DNA of 53,518 bases, filler included, from Basidiobolus ranarum (GCA_040143965.1; 4 parts of 4 records of this genome joined end to end with filler, not necessarily neighbours in it); one strand, 5' to 3'; positions 1 through 12,656 are shown, numbered from the whole stretch's first letter. The notes: generated by a model not told the origin, from the letters alone. A program made the numbers and translations.

Positions 1-143
1 CCTTCGTTTTTCGCTCGCTCGCACCCTCCCTCGATCAATATCACTTCAACACTATCCTCACACTCAACAATAAAATATTCTAGCATATACAAAGCATCCT
101 CATGGCTTCGGTTAGGTGGTTATCTTTATTAGCAAAATAATAA

Positions 144-642
144 TTAGAAAAGCAAATCGGTGTAATTCGCCACTTTAAATTGGGCAGTTGCTTCGCGTAA
201 TATGGTCCCCACTTCGCCCATAGTGTTGTATTTAGCTTCCGAGTAAGCGCGAAGCTGGTAGTCACCGCGTTTAAAGTCAGTAGGGATTGACCAGGCCCAA
301 CTATCTTTCCACTCAGCATTTGCGATGTTCCAGTTCGTGTGAGGGACATCATGTCTCCACACTATATTATTATTGTCGCTAGGGTCGATTAGATCAAGTG
401 TAAGACTACTTATTTGTGCTAGATCCAAGCGGCGAACAACAACATTTATGCTCAAAAGCTGACCAGGTGTTAGAGTCAAATTGCCAGCTGGAGATACGAA
501 GTAAATCATATCTAATGAACACGCAATTACACAGTTAGACACTTGACTAGATATCTGCTGAGGGATTCAACTTACCGGGGGTTACTTGTGCCATAGACAG
601 GAGACCGCTAATAGCTAGACAGAGATGTTTGATGTTAACCAT
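144..642 (-). CDS. Small secreted protein (~144 aa), possible Kre9/KNH-like N-terminal Ig-like fold; 2 exons (642-576, 511-144)
   Basis: ATG at 642 gives signal-peptide-like MVNIKHLCLAISGLLSMAQVTP. GTAAG...TAG intron 575-512 joins in frame to DMIYFVSPAGNLTLTPGQ...WSIPTDFKRGDYQLR. Confidence 0.7.
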
Positions 643-1268
643 TGTTCTATCGGGTAGTTGGGGTTAGGTTGTTATTGAGGTGGTATTGGAAGGGATTGTC
701 GGTTATAATCGTAAGGGATCTATAGATACCACATATATATACTTTCTTGGGCTTAGTCATTGTTATCCTGCATGAAGCATTAGCATTGCGTGAAGCTTCT
801 TATAGTTTTCTGACAGTGTTTCTGATCAGTTTCTGATGGCAGAACCTTAATATAGTGTCACTCTTTTTCTACCTGTTAGTCACCCACTTACGGAATGGAA
901 TTCTGTTTCCATCACCAGTGCATATATATAGCCACACATATAGCCACAAGCGAAGATTATTTAAGCTTACAAGCATTCTATAGAATATAATCACTCATCA
1001 TATGTCTCATTGAATGCGATGAAATAGGATCTGTGCCCTCATTTGGGGTCTAAAGGGAAAATCTGATGACTTCTAGCATACTTTACGCCCATTAAATCTC
1101 ATAATAATCCTCACTCATACACATCCAAATCTCTGAATACTAACTAACGTGATGTGCAGTCATTAGCAATGATTTCTGAAATTTATTGATCAACCAAGAA
1201 TATGGGTTCGTTAAAGATGTTGAGAATAAGATATCCCAATCCTCTATAGACTTGAAGTGAAGAATTCC

Positions 1269-1780
1269 TTATCGACGCAAATAGTAAGTTTGAAGATAGT
1301 TGATGAACAATCCTAGAATAGAGAAACTAAATCCAGTTTTGTAAGTGACCTGTTTGGTTCTGTTAAAGCTATTAGTGAGAGATAACTTACAACATGCTAG
1401 TATATGTTTGTCTGAAAGCTTTGGTGGTTTGTTTTTCATTGGCCCAACTGATCATCGAGAAGATCAGACCCCACCAAGAACCCCAATGATGCTAGCAATC
1501 CCAAGAGCTTTAGTTAATAAATAGTAGAATGGGTATAGAATGTATAAGTGGTACCTTCAAGATAATTCCCATCATGGCTGAGTAATTAAAAGAAAGAAAA
1601 AAGTAGTTCAGTTGTAGTGGGTCAATAAATCCGTATATCATGGTATAGTTAACAATCTTTACCAAAAACAGTAGCCATCAGTCCATAAGCATCTCTTTCT
1701 GCATCCTCGCTTACTTTAGGCTGTATGAAAGGTACAACAGCATCCGGACGACGTGGATCAGCGTTGGAATATTTCTTCAT
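1269..1780 (-). CDS. WDR83OS: Asterix / PAT complex subunit PAT10 (UPF0139) homolog, 4 exons
   Basis: Manual splice gives MKKYSNADPRRPDAVVPF...AYGLMATVFAMMGIILK HHWGSWWGLIFSMISWANEK...TSMFFSILGLFINYLQTYYLRR*. The DPRRP motif and three TM segments match Asterix. Absent from the ORF track. Confidence 0.85.
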
Positions 1781-2848
1781 GTCGTGTTGACAAGTTAAAG
1801 ATACTTAGGATATTTGGATAATCGTATATTCATACATACTCTCTCGAAATATTCAATTCGCCAATGAAATTCATGCCCCGAAGACGATTCAAGAAGATTC
1901 AACAGTACAATGAATTGGTTTTCAAATAGTGTATTACCGAATACTCTATTCACTTTCATTCAGTGACCATCAAAACTACTGAACTCAGCTAAGGCAAGAA
2001 GTATAAATATACACCAAACGATCTTAGTTGGATACTACATTCCCAACTAAGCCGTTTTAGGGAACAATGAGCATTGTATTCTTTGAAAGCTATACCTGTT
2101 ATTTTACACCTTTAACATGTGCGATTTTAGAATCATAGTAAGAGAGTGCAATATTGTTTCATATGTTAACCCATCCAATCATCTTCGTACATATATTCCT
2201 CTGCTCGAATCTGAAAGCGACGCTTAAAGATTTGCCCTAAAACTCACTCCATAAGCTACTAGAATCAAGCTCATCTTTTGCTTGCCAAAGTAAGGTGTTT
2301 CAGCACGCAGAAATCATTTTAGTCCAATCAGTCCTTCTTTTTGTAATCCTGATAGTAATGGTTTATTTAGTTGGATGACTGATCTTAAACCATTTTTATA
2401 CTACAATCCAGTCTATGAATAGGGTTATTGGTTCTTTTTTGTGGTAATCAATTAGCACTTTTTCGCCTGGCAACTTGGCTCAGTATATCCAATTTTATTA
2501 TCCCTGTTCTATCTTCTCTTTAATTATAAACTTTCTAACTTTAGCTGTATTGTTAGTTCTTTTACGCCTTTTAAACTAGTTTGAAATTTGGAATTTCGGT
2601 AGTGACTGTGTCTATACCTAGAATCATATATATCATAGTTTACTACATATCTATACTTCAGTACTGTGAATAATAAATATTCTACGAAGAAATTGTAAGT
2701 CTTGACGTGGCCATAATAGAGTAATCCTCTATTAGATCCTTCTACATGTTCTCTCAAATCTCAATATTTACTGATTACCTCTATTTAAGTTATATATAGT
2801 CAGCTCTCCTTGCGTCTCTTTGGTAAATAAGAAAAAATATCTTTACAT

Positions 2849-4120
2849 ATGCACTCTGATAACTTGAGTGCTGAAGGCACTGATCTACATCGCACTCCCT
2901 CCTTCCCCCCAGTTGGTGTTGGTAGATATTATTTGACGGATGATATTTCTGATGACGAGGATGACGACGACGTGGAAACTGAGTTGGTGGAGCTAGTAGA
3001 GCGTTCAGAAGACGAGAGCGATATGGAAGATGAACTTCGGATGGAGCTGGATGATATATCAGATGACTCTTGTCTGGAAGACAGCGATGAGCCTGGTATT
3101 CAAGTTTCAAACCTTGGAGAGTATTTACGTTTGAGTCGTCATTGGAAACAAGCCCCAGTACGTTCACACTCACACAGCAAACCGTTGGTAGAGCTAACCC
3201 TTCAAGAGAATAGTTATCTTCGACCAGGTAGAGTCTTTCTTGGTACGCAAAATCTCATAAACCATCGAACACAGAGTTCAGGAAGAGAGGAATGGGAAGT
3301 GAAAGTTGTACGTATAAAACATTCACCTTTAAAATCTTGATCTAGTTTCTTACTTTGTCTTTTTCATATAGACCATTAATGCAGTCAATCATAAAAACGG
3401 TACTATTGTGGGTCTGATGGAAGCTTTGAATGTTCCAGCAACAACTGCAACGGTACTCACGTATTGGGATGGAGAGGTATGTTTTGTTGAATGGTTCAAT
3501 TGTTGATTACACATTAACATGATGGTTTTATGTTGCACCTTCAGATTATTGATTTCACTAATCATGGTTTATGGACTGACAAATGGCAAGCCGATCGAGG
3601 CACTGATCTTCAACATTGGCGAATGTTCAAAGCTTTTAAAGGGATTGATTCCGCTGAGTAAGAACTTTCTATTTCACGCTATACAGCTATGAACGAATTA
3701 CTGATTTTCTTTCTCCAGTATATCTCTTGGAGCAGATTCGGTCAACTTTCTGGAGGATATTCATCGAGAATATGTTTTCATGAGATGGAAAGGTTTGTTA
3801 TGGAAAACTGAATGTATATTTTTGAATGATATATATATTTATCTTCTTATCAATTAGAGAGGTTTTTTGTGAATGTCTCTGCTCAAGATAGCGGGCTTAC
3901 GATTGCTGGCTTCTACTACGTGTGTTTACGTAGGTCAGATGGTTTAATTGAAGGTTTGTGGCATTATTGATTGTCTTGTAGTTATGGTCATTCCCTAATC
4001 ATCACTACTTTCACCAAAGGATTTTATTTCGACCCCAGCTCCACACCATACCAACGTCTTATTCTCAAGCCTAAACTTGATGGCTGCGGAGTTTCCTTCA
4101 GTAGTTACACCTTTGCCTGA
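2849..4120 (+). CDS. GID4: GID4/Vid24-family substrate receptor of the GID/CTLH E3 ligase; 6 exons, acidic N-terminus
   Basis: Spliced motifs SYLRPGRVFLGTQ, EEWEVKV, TYWDGEIIDF, DLQHWRMF, VFMRWKERFFV, LTIAGFYYVC, GFYFDPSSTPYQRL; TGA at 4118-4120. Confidence 0.9.
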
Positions 4121-5200
4121 GACTTTAAAGCTCCTCCCAATTATCATTATTCGCTCCATCTTAATTCCGTAGTCCCATCACCCGACTTACTTTTCCAGCT
4201 GCGCTTCTCTATTATTACCATAGTTAGCTTCGTTTTTATATGATTGTCGGTATTCCTGTTGCTGTAATGTAATATCTGAATCATAGCTTTTCACTGAAAA
4301 CGTCCCGATAGTGAAGACCAGGCCTTAGAAACAGCTGTGCTCATCTTGGTTTCTAGTGAAATCCACAGCCTAAATGATTCCACATGGTAGGGACTAAAAC
4401 TCACTTCTTGCAGGTATTTGCCTACCATTTCATCGTCCGCACCCCTAGTCATCCTTTCTTCTTCACCATCCCATCCCCTTCTCCTTATACACATGTATGA
4501 ATCCGTATCAACAAAATCTATCTTTCTATTTGTAAATTAATGGAGGTTTACTTTTCTTTTTACCTTTCTTCTTTACCATTTACCCTTGATGATATCACTT
4601 TTATGTTCTATTGTTCAACTACAGTTCAACCTAACCCTAAGCAGCTGGTATTCAGTTATTTCCTATTCTATGCACTATTCTATGCATTTGGTATAGGGAC
4701 AAACAATCTAGACAAATAAATTGGTCCACTCGACACCGCAATCCAGCTTACATCGATCAATTCCGACGGCAATTCCGACGGCCTCGGTATCCGTATGATT
4801 TGGATGATTATTAAATGATTGATTTTGTACCTGGAGATGAGCACTTAGAGATGAGCACCTGGTTACATTCAACAGTGACTGGTGACAGTAACACCAAATT
4901 AACACCATAAATGTTTATCATGGCTTAAGTTTCTCTGATCCAATGAGATTCCATGCACCTAATAATAGCTTGGGTATCTGTCTGTGTCTGTAGACAATTT
5001 AAATAGATATTTTCATACATTACCCTGTAGTATCCATAACCTTAATTTGGATTCAAATCAAGATGCTGCTTGAGCATACATAATGAAGCAGCAATTCAAT
5101 ATTCCTTTCCAGTTCCCTTCTTCAGGGTTACTTGAGACGTTCTAAGTTCACCACGAAAAGGCACTAAGCATACATTCCCTTTATTTCGATAATATTCCTC

Positions 5201-7047
5201 ATGAGAACCACCGAGGACCTCAAACGAAACTCAATGGTCATTGGTTCTTCGAAATCTTTGAAAAAGAACCATAGAACCTACAAACGCTTTTCTTTTCATC
5301 CATTTTTGAAGTTACAGAAGATTGAAAAGTTAGATTGTGAATATTCTGGGGAAGAAACAGATGATGTTGAGAGTTTAGGTATGTAGACAGTATATCGGTA
5401 TTTTATATTCCATATTCAATACCATTCGACTTGCCGTATGTTTACCTTATTTTTACAGATACCACTAGTTCTCCTTTATCTTCACCGACATATTCGAACT
5501 GGTTAAGTCACGACAGTATCTCTCCTAAACCAAAGAAATCCACTGATTCTTCGAGAAAGTTGAAGTTCTTTAAAACCGCTTACTTTCAAAGTTCCAGCCC
5601 CAGTCCACAACAGACAAACATACCACCTCCTCTTCCACCACGTAGTACCCCAAAATTCTTATTGGCACCTAAATATCACATGTTCAGTGATCTATCAGTA
5701 GATTTCTCCCCCTTTCGGTTGGTGTTGTTCAAGGTACTTGGAAGCAGTATTTGGTTTCGAATGATAGACGCAGAGGAACAGACCCGATTGCTGTATGTAC
5801 ACGAACGACTGTTGGAATCCAGCACCGAAGGCTTCCTAGAAGAATCCCTATCGTTTGAAGTATTTGAGGATGTTGAACATGTCTGTGTTTCAGATGTGTA
5901 TCTACAATCCTCTCCGTCAAGAGGTTTTTAGAATTGAATAAGTTATATTGAGATGAAATAGAAGGTTAATCACTTGTTTACAACCATAGAAATATTTCAA
6001 CTTACTTCCCGAAAAAGTCAACTTTTATTAGAGGCTTTATCGAACCATTCTAAAAGGGATTTTATCAATCGAATCACATACGGCTTGGAAGCTAAATTGA
6101 ATCCTATCGTGACTGACCGAATGGTTTCCCCAGATGGTAAATTTATGTGGTTTACTTTTCGCGAGATCTCACTTAATTAAGCAACATACAGGCTCAGGAC
6201 TACTGGAGAAGTTATTCTCGCTACAATACGATGGAACCATCGCTAAGAATAGGTACCTCCCTTTAATGTAGTGTCTTACTGTATGACGTAGACTCAACCT
6301 TGGTATATTGCAGGAATTTTGTCGATACCATTGCTGAAGTATCCACTAGGTGTCTGAAGTATGGAGGGTATATTAGCAGATTACAAGTAAGCCAGACATT
6401 GTTGAGTATCTCTGTTGACGATTGTATTAAACTCTTGAAATTAGGACACTATCCAGGTGAAGGCCAAGGAGCTTGACGATGCTCTGGCCAAGCAAGAAAA
6501 TTTAGAAAGGAGAGAACAGGTAAGTTATTGAATACAATCCCATACAACGATAGATATATTCATTAATGGAACCACGATAGGAGCTACAAAAATTGATGAG
6601 TCGTTGGGATAAGATTCAGAACGATATAGGAACGTTAACTGAAGTTGAAGAAAGCACGCAGAGGTTATTATTACAGACGGAAAATTCCCATGAACGTATA
6701 AGAAAAGGAGAAGTAACTCTATCTGACAATCAAACCATGGTAAGACACCAACTACTATCCAGTAAATGATTTGTATTGGATAGTTCATTCATCATTATCC
6801 CACTTTATAGTTGAATTCTATCAAGAAATCTCTCAACCGGGTAGAGAATACTAAAGAACCGGTTTATAGCTCATTCATTCTAACCGGTATGATATATTTG
6901 CCTAAGAAAATTTCTACTTTTGATATTAACTCATTGTATCACCTAGTGGTGGGAGTTTTAGGGTCTATTGGATTTATTTATCTTCTTTGTAGTCGATATG
7001 GGCCAAGTTTCATGTCTTCATTACTAATTCTTTCTGGTTCCACCTAA
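5201..7047 (+). CDS. Hypothetical multi-exon protein: Ser/Pro-rich N-terminus, coiled-coil region, C-terminal TM anchor
   Basis: Chain of ORF pieces linked by GT-AG introns. Heptad-like ELQKLMSRWDKIQNDIGTLTEVEESTQRLL; terminal hydrophobic VVGVLGSIGFIYLLC. Start codon uncertain. Confidence 0.65.
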
Positions 7048-7177
7048 ATCGACCTATACTGACCAGATTCGCTTTTATCCTTGCACCAAATCCTTATAAC
7101 CCTATTCCATTATTATCTGTATCATAAATCCCTCTACCATTCTCTTACCAATATTATAGATGAGTCAACCCTAATCG

Positions 7178-8114
7178 ATATATATATATATATAATCTTA
7201 ATTTAATAAACCCAAATCCATCCAGGTTTTTACTAACCCTAACCCTAGATAAGTAAACACCCTATATGGATAATAAATTACAATACTGATTGAGTACAAT
7301 GACATTTTCTTATCAGTTCACATACTTCATAATATCTATATAAATTGCCATGGATTATCATTTAGTTTTTCTTAATATTGAAAAACAAAATTTCAAGATT
7401 CACATATCCAGATAATATGTATAAGAGTGTGTCAATTTATTTCCAAGGATATAGGGCTATTGAATGTTCAATACATTTCTGAGAATTTAGAATATGTCCT
7501 CAAATTTTCTTTAAGATTCTTTGTAATGTGTGAATCTAGGACCTAAACAATCTAGGTTAACATCTAACATATATTTGATATCTATATCTTGTGAATGGAA
7601 ATGAATACTATGTAGTACTTGTTGTAGATGTTAGATACTATGTCATGATTATAAGCTTATAATATCTGTGATAATATTGTAGGAAAGTTGAGAAAACCTC
7701 CTGTTTTCTCTAGTTGTGAAATATAGAATACATAGTAAATACACATCCAATGTTGTTGGATAATGAATCTTTATTCAACATCTTTGTTAACTTTAGTTAT
7801 GATACATATATATCAGAAACAGAAAGCAACATATCTATGGCTGCTATATTCTAATTAGGAATATTTCTATATCTATATAACCAATGTATCTTATTACCAC
7901 CACTTATGTATTATATCTTATTACACAAACTCCTGAATTTCTCAAACAATTGATTTACTTCTCTGTTATATAAGTCACCATATTCTCTTAAGAATAAAGT
8001 AACTAAAACACTATCATAAGTAGCCTCTAATATTTAAGGTCTACCTCCATTATGTCAAGATTTTCCAACAAATATAGAACTGGTAGTAAAATACAGGGCA
8101 AATATGTAGGTAGG
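7178..8114. repeat. AT-rich, CpG-free tract (probable decayed transposon/repeat); 7971-8070 is a dispersed repeat copy
   Basis: No CG dinucleotide over ~940 bp. 7971-8070 matches the reverse complement of 26663-26764. Confidence 0.7.
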
Positions 8115-10504
8115 CGAGCCAAGCAAACAATTTCTACATTTCACTAATATACATTATAGTGACTTGCATCATTTTAATTCAATATCTAGGGTATTCACAG
8201 TTAATAGAGCATAGAATAGTTCATTACGGCACTTCCAAAGTACTAGGGTTTCTTCAGATACATGTGGTTAAAATGATAGGAATTGGTTAGTTGAATCTGT
8301 TTGGTAAATTGCATATTATGTCCGTCTTAGTTTTGTTTGCACGTATTGATAAATAATTGATACTATTAGAGGCTGATAAGTACCTTTCCACTCCATTTAC
8401 CTACATCATGCAACGCATGATTACTAGCTGCTTACTGATGATTAAGTAACTGCAATGAAATAGCCAAAGAAGCAATACATGGTATGATGTAACAAAGGAA
8501 GATGGCGTTCATTTCAATAACACCTCACATATGTAATTCATAATCTTCTGACCGAGTGAGTTGGCATTCATATGGTAAGCACTTCATTTATTTACCCGTT
8601 AAAGCCAACCATGCATATCTTTGAGACAGCACGAATCAGACAGATATGGTGACAAGTCAACCGCTAAATCGGATTGAATATGGAGGTCGTAATAGGGTGT
8701 GTTTCATTTCCGCCTTCAGCTGAGCACTTCTCTTTGTTCTTCGATTAATTTGAGAAGCTTAGAGAGCCAGGAATCATTCACTCGCCATAAACTCCCCGAT
8801 GGTTTCATTTTCATCACCTTCGTTTTAGTAAGAGTGAGTAGTCCAGTGAGCGCAAACGAACACCGCCCAAGTAGAAAAACTGGTTGGATTGAAGTCTATC
8901 AACCCATTCTATTACTTCCCTTCATCCAAGACATTATTTCCTCATTACATATCGAATGAATCACCTTTATGGTGTTCATCCAAAGTACGAACCTGCCTTA
9001 ATCACGATGAATTTCAAACCAATCAAAGTATCCTATTTACTCCCTGTCTGTTCATTGGTTTTCAAATGCTTGACAAAACCGTTCAGCCAGATGGCTTCCT
9101 TGAACTGGATCAAGCAAGTATGTATTAGGTCAAGGTGCATGCTCTGGCTGATTCAAAGACAAACCTAACATGGATGGATACTAGACGTTATCTTGCATGG
9201 GTTCTTCCTTAGATAGAATCCTTCTCTAAAATTAAAAATCAGAAACTGCAAGCCAAGGTAAAGGTAAAGGTATAGGCATTCAACTATAGAGTAATCGAAT
9301 GCAAGTTTCTTAATAGGATCGACGTTCATCCCTAATCGAGATTGATACGATCGTCTGGTCCAGTAAATTTGGCAATCGAGTTCCTACAAAGAATGAATCC
9401 GGTTGAGAACCAGAATCGAATCGAGATTCATAATCGATAGCTTAGTTAGACAGAACCAATCAGAGTGACATGTGGAGATTTACATATTGTGTGAATGATT
9501 CCAAGGCTTACCTATCATCTTTATGAATAAGGCCAAGCTGACTCAGAAAGTCAAATTAAAATGATCTCAGATTTTACGGAGGTATTATTGGTACGTTTAA
9601 CGTTAGTAGCAATCAGGATCTCTTCTACTCGCAAATTCCCTAATATTCATCAGCATCTGAACGAGGCTCCGTAAACAATGACGATTCTATTCCTAACTAG
9701 TTTGGGGATGAAGGATGGACCGTGGTTAGGATCTTCGATTGGCTTGTTTCGACTAACGGTGTAGCATCAATGTGCAACTTGAGTTCAGCACCCTAACAAG
9801 CTGTCTCATCGCAATTGCCTTGGCTTGAGCCCTTGCACGAATTATCAAGAAACTAACTGGTTGTGTTCATAAATTCTAAGGTGGCAAATTCAAAACCATG
9901 TTCTATCGATATGAAATATCTCTCAATCGTTAGGTTAAGTATCCAAAAGGGCCAGACCGGATTTGAAACAGTGTCAAACCGCCGAGCGATAATAGAGTTT
10001 ATCATGGTGACAATGAGGCAGGAATAGTAGGTGGAATTCTCTTGATTGTTTATCTTGAACCATAATCTTTCTCCGAGAACACTCTTCTAATATTAAATGT
10101 TTCTCCTGAATTTAATGGAATTACCTTAAACACCCAAGTGAATTCTCCAGCATATACTGATCATTTGGTATCCCTTACATCACTCATGCGACGCTTTACT
10201 CAGTAGGAGGTTAATTATACATACATCTAAGGCCCTCACTGGCTTTTTAAATGATTGCCGTTCGATTGCCATTCCGTTTCTGATTCATCTAGTTCACTGC
10301 TAAATCTGGCTAATCGCGTGATCACACCAAGAGTATCACTCACGAAGGGATTGTTGATGAGCCAGAGTTCACATCAATTCAAGAGATCATATATTTATAT
10401 ATGATAATATCATAAAGGGGGTCTCAGATCATATATATTAAGTCCAGGGTGGAGTCAATCAAATACTACTTTTTCTTTTCCCTTCTTCTTTGGACATTAC
10501 AACG

Positions 10505-11660
10505 ATGACCTACCAAATTCCCTATAAATTTATCGAGGCATTCTCCAGGCCTTGCTTTGTCCCAGCTGTATATCACACCATAAATATTTCATCTTCCGAT
10601 ACTTTAACCTTCGACAACTTCGACTCCAAAGTAGGAGGAATTCGCCCATTTTTATTCAAACAAGAGAGAAATTGGCCAGTTTGTAAGGAATGTGGCAGAC
10701 AATGTAAGCATGTTTGATTCACTCTTTCAAGATTTGATACCCTAATTCCCAAGTTATTATCACCTACGCAAAGTTTACCCTCCCCCTCCTAGTTTCGTTT
10801 CCAGAGATATTTAGACTACACAAGTGAATTCGAGAAATACTGACCACAGTTTATCCATTCTAGTGACGTTCTTTGTTCAACTAAATTTAGGGAAAATCTC
10901 CCAACATCCATTATTCGTAGAAAAAACGGGCGGTATAGGGTTATTCCAATTATTTGTATGCTTAAGTTGTGAAGAGTAAGTGAAATTCTTCCATCCATTT
11001 TAATAGAGTGTAGGATTTCTCTGTACGTTCTTTATCCATTGAAATCTATTCACATACAACTCTAATCCTTGGTATTTACTTACCTTGTTTACTCCATCCA
11101 GGCAAGAAATCTCTTTGGACAAAAATACCTATCTGGCTCGGCTTGTAAATATTGACGAGGTATTGAAGGAGAAGTCTTCTGAACTTACAACCCAAGAACA
11201 GATCGCTACAGCACATATGCGGAGCAGCACCAGCCCAGAATCACCTTCGACCCAAATTAAGCCACCGATTCCAGGGGGTGACGTGCTGGTGCTGGATGAA
11301 TGCTTGATTTTAGATTGGGATCAATGCCAAGAAATCCCACATATCTACGACATAGAAGAATCCGATACTGCTTTAAAGTATTTAGAACTTGAACGTCATG
11401 ACAGTCAACTAGATGAAATATGCGAGCATCGGTTACATCCAAAACCAGGGACTTTCAAGGTATTTGGTTGGCCATACTGGATACAAGCTGCAGATTACCC
11501 GAAATGTAAAGAGGCCCATTGCGGTCGTTCCATGCATTGTCTACTACAATTGGCCGAGAGCGGTATCATTTCCTATATGTGGGGAGATTGTGGTATTGCC
11601 TCAGTCTTTCAGTGTCCTAGTCATCAAGGATCATTCTACTTTATGTGGGAATCTAGTTGA
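10505..11660 (+). CDS. YwqG/DUF1963-like protein (PDCD2-related fold), >=3 exons (10505-10703, 10864-10975, ~11102-11660)
   Basis: Spliced: SKVGGIRPF...WPVCKECGRQLTFFVQLN...GLFQLFVCLSCE...FKVFGWPYWIQAADYPKC...LLQLAES...YMWGDCGIASVFQCPSH. GxPxxIQ, LLQ and MWGDCG are DUF1963-type motifs. Confidence 0.75.
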
Positions 11661-12575
11661 TGGGGGAGGGGGAGGGAATCTATGCGAACCCAAAAGTCAC
11701 TAAAAGAAATTCCTAGGGAAGTTTGTTTTGTTTCCATGTGTACCATTCGTGTGATTCGTTCAAGTGAACATATGTATTCATATGAAGTGACCTTTTCTTC
11801 TACCTTTTCAGTTCATCTACATGAGGGTACGTAGTGAATTGCACTGGGAATTCTCCATTATAGAGTTGAGTAAATGTTAATGCAAATAATCCTTTTTTGA
11901 GGAGTGTTGAGTAGTAGAAATTTCAATTGGATTCTATACCTGCCGTATCATATGGTCTTTAAGGGTTGGAGCCTGTGCTTACCCCAAGTTTAAATAGATT
12001 AATCCGCATTTTTCGGGCCACTCCGATTATTACCTAACATGATCTCTCGGTTGAACAGGTTTTTTCCCTGACTATGACTACCCCTACCCCCTCATCAGCA
12101 AAATGAATTACAGTTGGGGTCAGGGTCAGAGTCGAGGTAAGGGTCTCAGGGTGTTATCGCACTAGATTCGATTTGTGGGAACAAGGCTGTCTACCTAGTC
12201 AGACATATTTACATATATGTGAGGAGATCAATTGCGCATCTAACTGAGTTAATTGGAGGGTGAGGCTTGTAATGACCGTGTATATCTTACTCTCCGTCCA
12301 TACGATCAATTCATGTTGTGGAGCCAAGAGTTTAGTTAGCTTCCCTGCTTTCTCCTGCTTTAAGCTAGATGATCCTTTATTAGAGCCCAAATAAATGGAT
12401 TAGATAATTGAAATGATGTGATCATTGCAATCATGGATGCTTAGCTAAGTGATGAAAACCAAAAAAGCGTATAACTCGTGCTGAGAGTAGGAATTAGAAT
12501 AGGGATGATGATGTTGATCAATATGAGAATGGAAATCGAAATGAAATAGTGGACATCGAACAAACCATCAACTTT

Positions 12576-12656
12576 GAGTCCAAATTATCCAGATTCAAAC
12601 ACCAATTCCCTTATCGAGAGTCTAAATTATCCAGATTCAAACACCAATTCCCTTAT
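12576..12656. repeat. Two-copy tandem duplication, period 42 bp
   Basis: GAGTC(C/T)AAATTATCCAGATTCAAACACCAATTCCCTTAT at 12576 and 12618. Confidence 0.9.

Noticed and set aside
4291..4494. 67-aa minus-strand ORF downstream of GID4
   Set aside because: No motif, splice support or homology recognised.
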